This document shows positions 1 through 14,295 of a stretch of 64,000 nucleotides of DNA, piece after piece (the stretch's first letter is position 1; the number at the start of each line of letters is the position of its first letter). The notes beneath the pieces are model-generated. The model ran no database searches and was not told the origin of the DNA. It worked only from the letters and a program-made list of their open reading frames with translations. The position numbers and the translations under genes were made by a program. Source of the DNA: Octopus vulgaris (taxonomy: Eukaryota). The DNA is taken from NCBI GenBank assembly GCA_951406725.2, contig OX597816.1, positions 96,534,001 through 96,598,000 of the forward strand. Reading direction: 5' to 3'.

Positions 1-10
1 ATGCTTACAC

Positions 11-2283
<2,273 letters not shown>

Positions 2284-2285
2284 AT

Positions 2286-2853
2286 ATATATATTGTATAG
2301 AGGGCATTATTACACATAAATGCCTCACACTAAGAGGGACAAAGTCATTACTACCAAAATTACACTAATCATACCTAATGCAGTTCTTCAAAGCAAGACA
2401 TTTAAAAAATGAATTTAGTTCTGTATCACCGTGATTTCACATTTAACTTACGTCTATAATCATCAGCAGAACTGATTCTGAACACATCATAAATAAACCA
2501 CCAACCTTACCTAGCGAAGACGAACAGACATCTATTCACTCTGGCCAAGCAAATGGAATGTTTATAAATCATATATTCGGTAAATGGTGGGCTTTTTCGA
2601 ACTGCATGTCGGATAAGGAAAGTATTTCGGAATAAATTTAACAATTAAGGATAACTTCTTAATAAGGAATCTTAACAAGAAATTATCAGGTAGTTAACGT
2701 GAAAAACCTCATAAGGGAAAAGAATTCGAAAATAATTTTTTTCCTTTTGAACAAATTAATTATATTTATATTGTATAGAGGGCATTATTACACATAAATG
2801 CCTCACACTAAGTGGGACAAAGTCATTACTACCAAAATTACACTAATCATACC
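2286..2853 (-). mobile_element. Penelope/retrozyme-like non-coding unit (478-bp period, terminal direct repeat) carrying a hammerhead ribozyme
   Basis: An ~83-bp segment at 2293 recurs at 2771 (period 478). A hammerhead motif lies inside at 2417-2473. Confidence 0.65.
2417..2473 (-). ncRNA. Type I hammerhead ribozyme
   Basis: AGUUCUG-CUGAUGA-uuauagacguaaguuaaaugu-GAAA-UCAcggUGA-UA-CAGAACU. Perfect 7-bp stem I, intact core, near-palindromic stem III, weak stem II with a GUAA loop. Confidence 0.8.
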
Positions 2854-2887
<34 letters not shown>

Positions 2888-3047
2888 ATATTATAGGGCT
2901 GGCCTGCTAGGTAGCCGGCCAGAATGCTAGAAGAAGATCATCAACAATCAAACTACAAGGGAAATTCTCTAGAGGAATAAATCAGCGAACACCAGAACCA
3001 ACTTTGGCGGGCAGGACATATGAAAAATTAAATAAATAACAGACTTA

Positions 3048-3123
3048 AATGCATACCTCGGTTTCGGTCTTAACAAAAGAATTACTTGCATAATTCAAGT
3101 GTCCGTGACTTCTTCAGTACATT
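3048..3123 (-). ncRNA. Type I hammerhead ribozyme (array copy 1)
   Basis: AAUGUA-CUGAAGA-aguc...GAAUUAU gcaa GUAAUUC...gacc-GAAA-C cgag G-UA-UGCAUU. Confidence 0.8.
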
Positions 3124-3593
3124 CGGTCCTCGAGATGCAAACCGCAAGACTAACCCCAGCTCTCTGTGTCAAGACAGACACGTGCTTAGTCCTACTGATT
3201 ACATCGGGAATAAAATTTCAAATGTCTTGGTTCTGGCGCGCTGAGAGACTCTTGAAGCGAAGGGCTGCAGTGAATAATTCACTGCGGGTAGTGCTTACAA
3301 CTAGGGAACGTATTTATTTAAATATTTAAAAATTGAGGGAGATAAATTAATATTAATTTTAATATCAATTTAAAACCAGTAGTCCAGCATTCAAAAAATC
3401 TGAGGAGTCAGAGAAAATTCAAATATATGTGTATATTGGCAGGGCTGGCCTGCTAGGTAGCCGGCCAGAATGCTAGAAGAAGATCATCAACGATCAAACT
3501 ACAAGGGAAATTCTCTAGAGGAATAAATCAGCGAACACCAGAACCAACTTTGGCGGGCAGGACATATGAAAAATTAAATAAATAACAGACTTA

Positions 3594-3669
3594 AATGCAT
3601 ACCTCGGTTTCGGTCTTAACAAAAGAATTACTTGCATAATTCAAGTGTCCGTGACTTCTTCAGTACATT
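3594..3669 (-). ncRNA. Type I hammerhead ribozyme (array copy 2)
   Basis: Same motif as copy 1, offset +546. Confidence 0.8.
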
Positions 3670-4139
3670 CGGTCCTCGAGATGCAAACCGCAAGACTAAC
3701 CCCAGCTCTCTGTGTCAAGACAGACACGTGCTTAGTCCTACTGATTACATCGGGAATAAAATTTCAAATGTCTTGGTTCTGGCGCGCTGAGAGACTCTTG
3801 AAGCGAAGGGCTGCAGTGAATAATTCACTGCGGGTAGTGCTTACAACTAGGGAACGTATTTATTTAAATATTTAAAAATTGAGGGAGATAAATTAATATT
3901 AATTTTAATATCAAGTTAAAACCAGTAGTCCAGCATTCAAAAAATCTGAGGAGTGAGAGAAAATTCAAATATATGTGTATATTGGCAGGGCTGGCCTGCT
4001 AGGTAGCCGGCCAGAATGCTAGAAGAAGATCATCAACAATCAAACTACAAGGGAAATTCTCTAGAGGAATAAATCAGCGAACACCAGAACCAACTTTGGC
4101 GGGCAGGACATATGAAAAATTAAATAAATAACAGACTTA

Positions 4140-4215
4140 AATGCATACCTCGGTTTCGGTCTTAACAAAAGAATTACTTGCATAATTCAAGTGTCCGTGA
4201 CTTCTTCAGTACATT
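4140..4215 (-). ncRNA. Type I hammerhead ribozyme (array copy 3)
   Basis: Same motif as copy 1, offset +1092. Confidence 0.8.
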
Positions 4216-4787
4216 CGGTCCTCGAGATGCAAACCGCAAGACTAACCCCAGCTCTCTGTTTCAAGACAGACACGTGCTTAGTCCTACTGATTACATCGGG
4301 AATAAAATTTCAAATGTCTTGGTTCTGGCGCGCTGAGAGACTCTTGAAGCGAAGGGCTGCAGTGAATAATTCACTGCGGGTAGTGCTTACAACTAGGGAA
4401 CGTATTTATTTAAATATTTAAAAATTGAGGGAGATAAATTAATATTAATTTTAATATCAATTTAAAACCAGTAGTCCAGCATTCAAAAAATCTGAGGAGT
4501 CAGAGAAAATTCAAATATATGTGTATATTAGCAGGGCTGGCCTGCTAGGTAGCCGGCCAGAATGCTAGAAGAAGATCATCAACGATCAAACTACAAGGGA
4601 AATTCTCTAGAGGAATAAATCAGCGAACACCAGAACCAACTTTGGCGGGCAGGACATATGAAAAATTAAATAAATAACAGACAAGACATTTGAAATTTTA
4701 TTCCCGATGTAATCAGTAGGACTAAGCACGTGTCTGTCTTGACACAGAGAGCTGGGGTTAGTCTTGCGGTTTGCATCTCGAGGACCG

Positions 4788-4863
4788 AATGTACTGAAGA
4801 AGTCACGGACACTTGAATTATGCAAGTAATTCTTTTGTTAAGACCGAAACCGAGGTATGCATT
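4788..4863 (+). ncRNA. Type I hammerhead ribozyme (inverted block copy 1)
   Basis: CTGAAGA at 4794-4800, GAAA at 4846-4849, GTA at 4855-4857 (predicted cleavage after 4857). Stem I is aatgta/tgcatt. Confidence 0.8.
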
Positions 4864-5333
4864 TAAGTCTGTTATTTATTTAATTTTTCATATGTCCTGC
4901 CCGCCAAAGTTGGTTCTGGTGTTCGCTGATTTATTCCTCTAGAGAATTTCCCTTGTAGTTTGATCGTTGATGATCTTCTTCTAGCATTCAGGCCGGCTAC
5001 CTAGCAGGCCAGCCCTGCCAATATACACATATATTTGAATTTTCTCTCACTCCTCAGATTTTTTGAATGCTGGACTACTGGTTTTAAATTGATATTAAAA
5101 TTAATATTAATTTATCTCCCTCAATTTTTAAATATTTAAATAAATACGTTCCCTAGTTGTAAGCACTACCCGCAGTGAATTATTCACTGCAGCCCTTCGC
5201 TTCAAGAGTCTCTCAGCGCGCCAGAACCAAGACATTTGAAATTTTATTCCCGATGTAATCAGTAGGACTAAGCACGTGTCTGTCTTGACACAGAGAGCTG
5301 GGGTTAGTCTTGCGGTTTGCATCTCGAGGACCG

Positions 5334-5409
5334 AAAGTACTGAAGAAGTCACGGACACTTGAATTATGCAAGTAATTCTTTTGTTAAGACCGAAACCGAG
5401 GTATGCATT
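5334..5409 (+). ncRNA. Type I hammerhead ribozyme (inverted block copy 2)
   Basis: Same motif with one stem I substitution (aaagta). Confidence 0.72.
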
Positions 5410-5669
5410 TAAGTCTGTTATTTATTTAATTTTTCATATGTCCTGCCCGCCAAAGTTGGTTCTGGTGTTCGCTGATTTATTCCTCTAGAGAATTTCCCTT
5501 GTAGTTTGATCGTTGATGATCTTCTTCTAGCATTCTGGCCGGCTACCTAGCAGGCCAGCCCTGCCAATATACACATATATTTGAATTTTCTCTGACTCCT
5601 CAGATTTTTTGAATGCTGGACTACTGGTTTTAAATTGATATTAAAATTAATATTAATTTATCTCCCTCA

Positions 5670-5737
<68 letters not shown>

Positions 5738-5774
5738 GTATATATATATATATATATACATATACATTAGTATA

Positions 5775-5890
<116 letters not shown>

Positions 5891-6121
5891 GAGAGAGAGA
5901 ATGGGGGGCTATGAAAGGTAATGGTGTCAGTAAGACCCAAAGGTGTCAGGTAATGCTGAGTGAGTGCTATGAATAGACCATAGTTAAGCTCCAGGTTCAG
6001 TGATTATGCGAATAGGGAGTCCACCTTATGCCATATATCAGCGTGTGTATATATAAAAAAGTTTTTCAGAATGAGATAAAAAACAAAGGCTGAGGGGATT
6101 TTAGAACATTTATAAGTAGAA

Positions 6122-6170
6122 TATCTTACGGCTGTTTCCAGGATATTTATTATATCCCTTCATAGGAGAC
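6122..6170 (-). ncRNA. Degenerate hammerhead ribozyme
   Basis: Damaged core (ccUAUGA), stem II ggauau/auaucc, then GAAAC agcc GUA aga. Confidence 0.45.
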
Positions 6171-6421
6171 GGTATATATATACATTCAATTTTTAGGGAT
6201 TAATCGATATGCGGGTATTCTATTTCAGATAATACAAAAAGTAACCTAATAAGCATATCTGAAAGTAAACTCATGGTATCAGTTTGCACATCACGAAATA
6301 ATACTTAAAGTATATAACGAAAATTACCAGCAGGATATATATTATACTTTATGACACAACCTGTTCCAAGAATCAAACTCACTACCTCGTAATTTGTGTG
6401 CATGTGTGTGTGTATGTGTGT

Positions 6422-6458
<37 letters not shown>

Positions 6459-6677
6459 CACGTGTGTGTGTGTATGTACGTGTGTGTGCGTGTGTGTACA
6501 GCGTAGCATGATACAAGAGTTACAGTTTATCAAAGAGGCTTCCACAAATCACTAACCAACTTCACTACGTTTATTTGACTGCGTGATATATAGATTCCAC
6601 CTTCATATGAAATACAAGAGGGCAAGTGTTAAGGGCATTATTTATATGGAAAATGAAACACGAAAATAAAGAAACAT

Positions 6678-6995
6678 GTTGTAAATGGCACTCCGTCGGT
6701 TACGACGGTGATGATTCCCGTTGATCCGAACAACGGAACAAGCCGCGCTTGAAATTAACTTGCAAGTGGCTGAGCATCTCATGCGTACTTTTAACGTAGT
6801 TCGCGGGGAGATTCAGAGTGACACTGAATGTGACAAGGCTGGCCCTTTGAATTACAGGTGCTACTCATTTTTGTCAGCTGGCTAAACTGGAGCAATGGGA
6901 AATAAAGTGTCTTGCCCAAGCACACAACGCGTCTCCAGTTTTCGAACTCACAATCATGAGCCGATTACCTTAACCACTAAGTCACGCGCCTTCAC
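6678..6995 (-). mobile_element. tRNA-derived SINE
   Basis: Minus strand: gaaggcgcgtgacttagtggttaagg (A box) ... gagttcgaaa (B box) ... ttgggcaagacacttta. Confidence 0.7.
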
Positions 6996-7959
6996 AAAGA
7001 AACATCTATTAAGCTTTGAATAAAAACATGATTTTTGTGCATTCATTTACTATGTTTTGTATTTGTAATTGTCTGTAAAATATTCTTCTAGAGATTCTCA
7101 TTTCCTCCACACTAAATAATTATTTTAAAGAATATAAATATTCTTCAATTGTCTTAGATACTTAGTGGCATAGATACTTCGGAAGATTCCTTAATATTTG
7201 ATACAATTTTCCCATGCAGTTTTATAATTGGAAAACATGGATTTGAATAAATGTTTGAATTTTAACGATAATTTGATAATATGGATGTACTCTTTTTCGT
7301 GAAGTTGCAATGTAATCTGCATGCAATCGTTTTGGAATATATCTTTTAACCAATGATGTATGATTTATTTTAAACTTACTTCAGATGCCGTTATTATATT
7401 TGTTGTCATTTTTCTTCCTTTCCTTTAATTGTTCTAACAATTGTTCCGTGAATATTAAACTGTTTCGCAATTTCCGTCAAATCTTTTCGCATTTGAAATT
7501 TGATTAATATTTCAATTTTCATTTCTGAAGAAATCGACTTTCCTGTCCAGTTTGGTTTGACATTTGAAAATAAAATTTAATTTCGGAAATATGTAATAGA
7601 AAATAAATATAACTTGAGTGCTAACTTAACATGTGGTGTTCCGCTTTGCCATAAAAGTGAGAGAGAAGTAAAATGTTAGATAGATATACACAAAAACAAA
7701 AATGCAAATGACGAAACGACGAGTTGACGTCTCTAAATGACATTTGTAAATTTAGAAGCAAATCGACAAAAACAGAAAGCATGCTGAAGTAAAAGCGTGC
7801 AAGATAAGAACTATATAATTTGAGTGACAAGTATACATACATACATACATACATACATACATGCATGCATGCATACATACATACATACATACATACATAC
7901 ATACATACATACATACATACATACATACATACATACATAAATACATACGTACATACATA

Positions 7960-8480
7960 CCGTAAATCCTCGAGTATAGTCAGCATTTTCCCCCAAATTC
8001 AAGGGTCAAAATCCCTAGTGCGTACTATATGCGAGGTTAAAAATGAAAACTTATTTTTTAAGCAATGTTTGTGTCTCTATTTGCTGCTCGGCAATGTTTA
8101 TTCAGGCGCATTTTGTGAGGTTAGGCGCGAATATACCTTAAGCTAAGCCTGAAAGCAATGAAGTCATGAAAGAATCATTCATAACTTGTAGTAAGCAACA
8201 TTTATTTAAACACAAATATTCAGAACACAGAATAACATATAGCAATAAGAATTTGCAAACATATTTACATTCCCATATAACAGTTAAGAACATCACCATT
8301 ATTGTATTACGCATGCGCGGAAGTGTTTGTTCGACTAGGTGCTGCTGGTTTAATTACGCACGACTCAAGTTAAAGAAGGAGTGCGTATTATACACAAGAT
8401 TTAGGTTTTTCAGAGGTACAGCCCCCTAAAAATTCCCTGCGTATTATACTCAAGGGCAGACTATACTCGAGGATTTACGG
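7960..8480. mobile_element. MITE with ~22-bp TIRs and TA target duplication (Tc1/mariner-pogo type)
   Basis: TA|CCGTAAATCCTCGAGTATAGTC ... GACTATACTCGAGGATTTACGG|TA, non-coding, inserted in (CATA)n. Confidence 0.85.
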
Positions 8481-8504
8481 TACATACATACATAGACAAA
8501 TACC

Positions 8505-9494
8505 ACGCTATATATTTTGGGAAGAAAGCTCCGGATTTTACCTACTTCCTCGACAACACTAATATTAATGTTTACTTTTCAACAGAACCTAGGCAATGCT
8601 TTGAATAACATTCTGCTGTTCTGCGCTAGACGAACCACATTTCTATAATCGTCAAGAAGACCCAGTAACCTTTTCCTTTTGGTAAGAAATAGACCAGAAT
8701 GACACCTTGAGCATTTCAAAAGACAGTCGCCATGATTTTTCCAGCTGACTTTGGTCGTCTTGAACTTTTTCGGTATTGGTGACGTAGAGTGGCGCCATTC
8801 CATTGCCTGCCTTTTTGATTCCGGTTTACATAATGATGAACCCATGTTTCATCACCTGTTATGAGCTTTCGAAAGAAGGTGTTGTCTCTTTGACTTTGTT
8901 CGAGAAGTTCAGTGCAGGCATTGACCCTGTTAGTCTTGCGTTTGGTAGTCAGCTCTCTCTGTACCCAACGGGCATACACTTTTGAAAAACCAAGTGATTC
9001 GACAATGTCGTAAGCACTTCTATGGCTCACTTCAAGGTTTTCTGCCAACTCATCAAGAGATATGCGCTGTACTCTATGATCAGAGCATCTGGTTTGGCTT
9101 TATTGGCAGGGTTCACAGAAGCGGACGACCAGAACGGGGTTTATCGGCTACACTCACAGTTCCCACCTTTTCATCTTTCAGACGACGGACCCATCTGCAT
9201 ACATTGCTAAAATCTAGAGTATTGTCCTCAAAGACATTTTGTAATCTTCGGTGAATGTTCAGAGGGGTTTCCCCTCAGCAACAAGAAATCCAATCACTGC
9301 TCTTTGTTTTTAATGTAACTCTAAGGCGGCAGCCATTTTGAATTTTCCTTACCAGTCTAAACACCTGAAAAGTGAGAAACATATTTCAGAACGTAAATGA
9401 TATAAACATTTATAAATGGGAAAATTTTCAGTTATTTTTATCAAAAACATCACATGAAATAAAGAAAATGGCATTACTTTTTGACCCACCTTCG
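8505..9494 (-). mobile_element. Decayed mariner transposon
   Basis: ORF fragments with WVQRELT, ITGDETWVHHY and KSAGKIMATVF. TIR-like TA-CGAAGGTGGGTCAAAAAGTAATGC at 9496-9471. Confidence 0.88.
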
Positions 9495-9498
9495 TATA

Positions 9499-9530
<32 letters not shown>

Positions 9531-9579
9531 CACACATACATATATATATATACATATATATATATAAATACATACATGC

Positions 9580-9638
<59 letters not shown>

Positions 9639-9759
9639 TACATATAGAGAGAGAGAATGATGTGCTATCGTAATTTAATATTCTGATGAAGATCGTGGTC
9701 AACGACAAAACAGTTATGGTTTTTCCTTCGCCTTTTCTTAGTAGCAATCACGCATCAAA

Positions 9760-11000
9760 AGCCGAAAGTTTGTGACTTATACGTCATCAAACATATCTCT
9801 TCGTCTTTAATTATTCTTTAACTTCAAAAATGGAATTTGACACCCATCAGTTTTTCACATGAAAGTTTAAATGGATTTCGTACTAAATCCAACTTCTCGT
9901 CTTGGAATTATTGATAACATCGGCCAAATTCATTCCCAGCGCTGTCAGATGCTGACAAATTTCCTTTTATGCAAATTCTCGATGCTCTCGGCGTTCACCG
10001 ACAGTCCCAAGAAATGACATTTTTCAAACTTATCAATATTTTCATTTTATTCCGACCTTTTTTCTTCATACCGTCTTCCAGTTTGCTCATCATAGCTTTT
10101 AAAATATGAATGAATTTTCGGATGTTTGTGCCTTTTCTTTTCATCTAAAGATTCAGTTGATCGAAAATGCCAGCTAAATAAGCGAAGCGCATGAACCCTT
10201 CCTCATCATTCAATCAGGCTAGACATTGTATCATATCCTAAACTTCAAACATGTTTGAATTCGCTTCTAGCATCTTATTTCGTACATTACCTCTTTAAAC
10301 TACAAAACATTTGTATGGAAAAGGAGTAGATGGTGGTTTGCGAAATAGATTGGAAAATTCTATCAGTTTCACTAAAATACAGTGTTGCTCGAAAGACGGT
10401 CAACGATATAGCTTTTGAGATCAAGGATCATGTGTGGGAGATGAAGTGACAACATTTTACTTATTTTCAACTGTGAGATGAGAGCGTTGTTTTTAACATT
10501 ATTCTTAACTTGAAATTGTTTGATCTCAAATTCTCTCTGGAAGTGTTTTAAGGCCAATGTCTGAAGATATATCCTACAATGAATTGTTGTTTCTTTTTTT
10601 TATTTCAGGGCTCAATTTTTCGCATAAACATTAAATCTACTTTTTGTTCCCAACACCATCTCTACAATATCCACAGATTCCATGAAAAATGTAACATTTC
10701 TTTCAATAGCTGCGGTCTTGATAGGTATTAAATTAATTGATAGTAGAATAAATAAACCTGCATGAGGCTTTTTTTGCAAAGAGGAATTGGAAACACAATT
10801 CCATATCAGCCGATTCATAAAATTCAGTTGAAAATAAGTAAAATGTTGTCACTTGATCTCCCACACATGACCCTTGATCTCAAATGCTATATCGTTGACC
10901 GTCTTTCGAGCAACACTGTATTTTAGTGAAACTGATAGAATTTTCCAATTTATTTCGCAATGTAATTTCCAGGTTTCACAAACAAGAACCGTGATCAAAG
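9760..11000 (-). pseudogene. Decayed hAT (Buster/Charlie-like) transposase with an internal inverted duplication
   Basis: Minus-strand peptide remnants MRFAYLAGIFDQLNL, KGTNIRKFIHILKAMMSKLE and VNDIAFEIK resemble hAT transposase motifs. 10338-10472 is an inverted copy of 10826-10960. Confidence 0.6.
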
Positions 11001-12162
11001 TTTCCCAGTCTCTCCAGGTGCAGGTGTATTTTTTTTATCTTTCTTATTTGAAATCTCCTGTACTCAGAAGCAATTATACTTAAACACCTTTAGGCTTACT
11101 TTTTTCCTTAAATTAGTGTAGAAGATTAACATGGCAAACTTTGCTTAAACTTATTTGGTTTCATAGAATAATTTGACAAAACTTGTCTACACATAATACA
11201 CTGAGTCCTTTCCTCTCCTTTGTGGCTGATAGATATGAACCAATACTAAATATATTATAAATAGCAACGTCTTCTGTTGATATTCATGACCGACTGAAAA
11301 TTATGAAAACAAAGTGCTTAACGATATCTATATTGAAGTTTTTTTTTAAAGTTACATAGTTATATTTTAATTTGTGGATATAATTGAAATATATCTACAA
11401 CTTAAGATAAACAAAAATATTTGTCCTTATTTTTAATTTAATCTACGTCTTTTAACAGACTATAGAGAATTCGGAGATTACATTAAATGGAAGTAAATTT
11501 CTACAGATTGCACAAAATCTATAGGATATCAGACTTTATTGAATATTGGACTCAGTTGTCTCTTGAAACCTATAAATACCAGGTTGACTAAATTCTCTGG
11601 CAGAAAACCCATGATGTATGTTGAAATCCTTGGAATATTGTTAAGTTAAATTTTGTGCGACTGTGCGTGAAATTCTCATTTTCTTCTTTGGAGGAAGGGC
11701 GGTTGCATCAAGAGGAACAGTATTTATAAAGAATATATTAACATCGATAGCTTAGGCTAGATATAGGGAAACGTATTGAGGATCTTGTAATGAGACAGAT
11801 GTACCGAGATAGCCAGGAGGGTGGATAACTAAACGCGAAGAGAAGTAGGTAGGTTAATCAGAAGCAAAGAAGTGTAGCTTGAGTTGGGTAGAGGTACAGA
11901 CAAACGAGGAAATAACCAAATGGTGATAGAGGAAGCGAAGAAGTAAGAGGAAACAAAGAAAGGAAACAAGAAGGTAGGACTGCTAATAGGTTGAGGTCAG
12001 CCGATGTAAGATTCTGCTCTCTCCAAACAAGTATTATAAATTAAATCAATGCGAAAGATAGGGTGAGCGGAGATGATCCAACGAAATACTTTTTAATTAC
12101 ATTTATAAAAATAACGTTGCTGTTCTGGGTTCGATATCCGCCATGGGAACTTGCTATTTTAT

Positions 12163-12283
12163 AGGCGCAGATGTGGCTGTGTGGTTGAGAAGCTCTCTTG
12201 CCAACAATATAGTCTTCGGTTCAACCCCACTACGCGGCACTTTCACAAAATGACATCTCCTATAACTCTGGACCGACCAAAAT
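12163..12283 (+). mobile_element. tRNA-derived SINE head (truncated)
   Basis: ggcgcagatgtggctgtgtggtt ... ggttcaaccccactacgcggcac, homologous to 18542-18660. Confidence 0.7.
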
Positions 12284-12284
12284 C

Positions 12285-12342
12285 GGTCTGATAAGACGTA
12301 TGTAAAGCTAAACGCTTTATGGACACGAAACCCTGAGTAACC
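12285..12342 (+). ncRNA. Degenerate hammerhead ribozyme
   Basis: GGU-CUGAUAA-(hairpin uguaaagc/gcuuuaug)-GAAAC ccuga GUA-ACC. G8 is mutated to A. Confidence 0.55.
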
Positions 12343-13452
12343 CTATAAACCAGACACAACTATCTTTATATAAGTACATATAAGTGAACATCTTCAGGTC
12401 CCCTGCTGTTTGGATGGCTGGCTGGCTGAATATATTTATGTGAGTGTGTTTGCTCCCCCAGTATTAGTTTGTTTATGCTGCCGTAAATTAACATTCGGCA
12501 AAAGAGACTGATAGAATAAGAAACGGTCTTAAAAATGTAAGTACAATGAGTCGATTTATCCACTAAAAAATTCTTCATGGCGTTGCTGCATTCCCGGGGA
12601 CCGAAATAAGCGTTAGCTAAAACATACCAAAACTGAAGATAGAAATTAAAAATAAGACGATAAATAAACCCTTTCATGACACAGAGATAAACATTGTAAT
12701 AATTAGGAGCCACATCAGGCATAAGTATAACAAGGGCTAGTAGGATAAAGGGTAGGACGGCAAACTAACTTGAGGTACAATAATCAAAATATGAAATTAA
12801 TTATTCAGTTTAGCATAAAGAATGTTTTTAATCGCACGGGACAGATGAGCCAACGAACAAACATGATGTAGCTTGAAGTTTGTTTGTTTTTTTAATGAAT
12901 GCTGTTAGGTTTTATGCTATTACGAATTCGAAACTAACTTATATAACCTAGTATAACTTCAAATTATTAACAAAGAAGAGTAGATATGCTACTATTATTA
13001 TGGAATTATTTAGAATTATATATTATGAATAAATAAATAAATACATAAATAGGTATAGAAAATATGTCTTAGAGATATATTTGGGGTGAATGGCTTATAT
13101 TAAGTTTGGAGATAGTGAAAAGGAAGAATGACCGAATGATTTAATATGGGGAATAAAATAATTTAGTTCGCTACTGATAAAATGATATGCTTACATTTAT
13201 TATTTACATTACTCAGCTAGAAAAATAATAAAGATATATGAAATAAAGTTAAAAATTACATTAGGAAGAGAATGTAAGGTAAAATGATTATAATAGAAAC
13301 ACAATTATTACAAGAAAAAACAGAAAGTTAGAAACATATAGACACTGAATAATTCATATAAATATATGTGTGTGTGTGCAAATACACAAAGGTACAGCAC
13401 GCACATATACAAATACATATACCTATGTTTATGTACGAGTGTGTGTATGTGT

Positions 13453-13511
<59 letters not shown>

Positions 13512-13964
13512 CATGGATTTGTTTGCAAGAACAAACATTCCAAAGAATATAAATATTCACGAAAATATTTATACACACAAGTCTATGGATAAGAATGGCC
13601 ATATATGGGAAGTCCGTCGTGTAGAAGGCAGTTGGACTGGAAATGAATAATACGCAACAACGATATGGACGCACAGTTACAAGCAAATAATTTGTATACT
13701 TAAACAGACACGCGTACAAATATATGCAATATGTGTTTCGCCAAACAGGACATACATAAACGCGTGTTCATTCATATATATTAAGCCCTCACAATGATAT
13801 ATGCTGATGCACATATATACATTTCTACATATAAAGAAATTTACGTATACATAAAACGGGAGACATATAGCTTTACAGATAAGAACGTGTGTAGATTTTA
13901 CAAGTTTATATATATTTAAGTATGTGTATGTGTAAATATATATATATATATATATATATATCAC

Positions 13965-14295
13965 CTTGATCACCTTGACCGACCAGTCCGTCGCTACTCA
14001 CGTGCTCTCTCAACGAGATTCCAAGCAGTGACCTCTCCATGGCTCTTTGTGACGTTACCAATCTCTGTTCTTTCTTTGTTGTAGCCCAGGTTTCACTACC
14101 ATATATCATTGCAGGTAGAACTGTGCTATTGATGAAGTTGGCACGGGTGGTCCTGTTCAACCTTCCGTTGAGCACATCCCTTATGCCATTAAGCGCCTTC
14201 CATCCGGCCCTTACTCTCTGTGAGATCTCCTTTTCGATATCTCGGCACATATTCACTTCCTGTTACAGGTAGACATATTCCTTTACCTCCTCTAT
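13965..14295 (-). pseudogene. RTE-clade LINE ORF2 fragment
   Basis: EISQRVRAGWKAL...VLPAMIYGSETW...QRAMERSLLGISLREH, the post-RT region of RTE elements. Confidence 0.85.

Larger units (their letters stand above)
2880..5671. mobile_element. 546-bp tandem array (3.3 units) followed by an inverted block (1.8 units); hammerhead-bearing retrozyme/Penelope pseudo-LTR-like multimer
   Basis: Near-identical units with period 546 (ORF track repeats at 3099/3645/4191). Orientation flips at 4682/4683. The array sits between (TA)n tracts. Confidence 0.9.

Noticed and set aside
3099-3329. 76-aa ORF repeated in each 546-bp unit
   Set aside because: GTG start, no recognisable domain, antisense to the ribozyme strand, and recurs only because the DNA is repeated.
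5060-5315. Group I intron-like P (ATGCTGGA) and Q (AATCAGTAGG) motifs plus GACTA/TAGTC in the 546-bp unit
   Set aside because: No room for P6/P3/P8 between Q and the putative P7, and the P/Q pairing is poorly kept in the 21-kb relative. Probably coincidental.
5534-5566. GGCCGGC start resembling an HDV ribozyme
   Set aside because: Folds as a simple hairpin (ctggcc/ggccag). No nested double pseudoknot could be threaded.
2880-5671. CRISPR-like array or simple satellite
   Set aside because: Units are identical along their whole length with no unique spacers. Eukaryotic context.
9677-9720. CTGATGA hammerhead-like motifs here and at 19448, 19900, 34902 and 62267
   Set aside because: GAAA or the required helices are missing.
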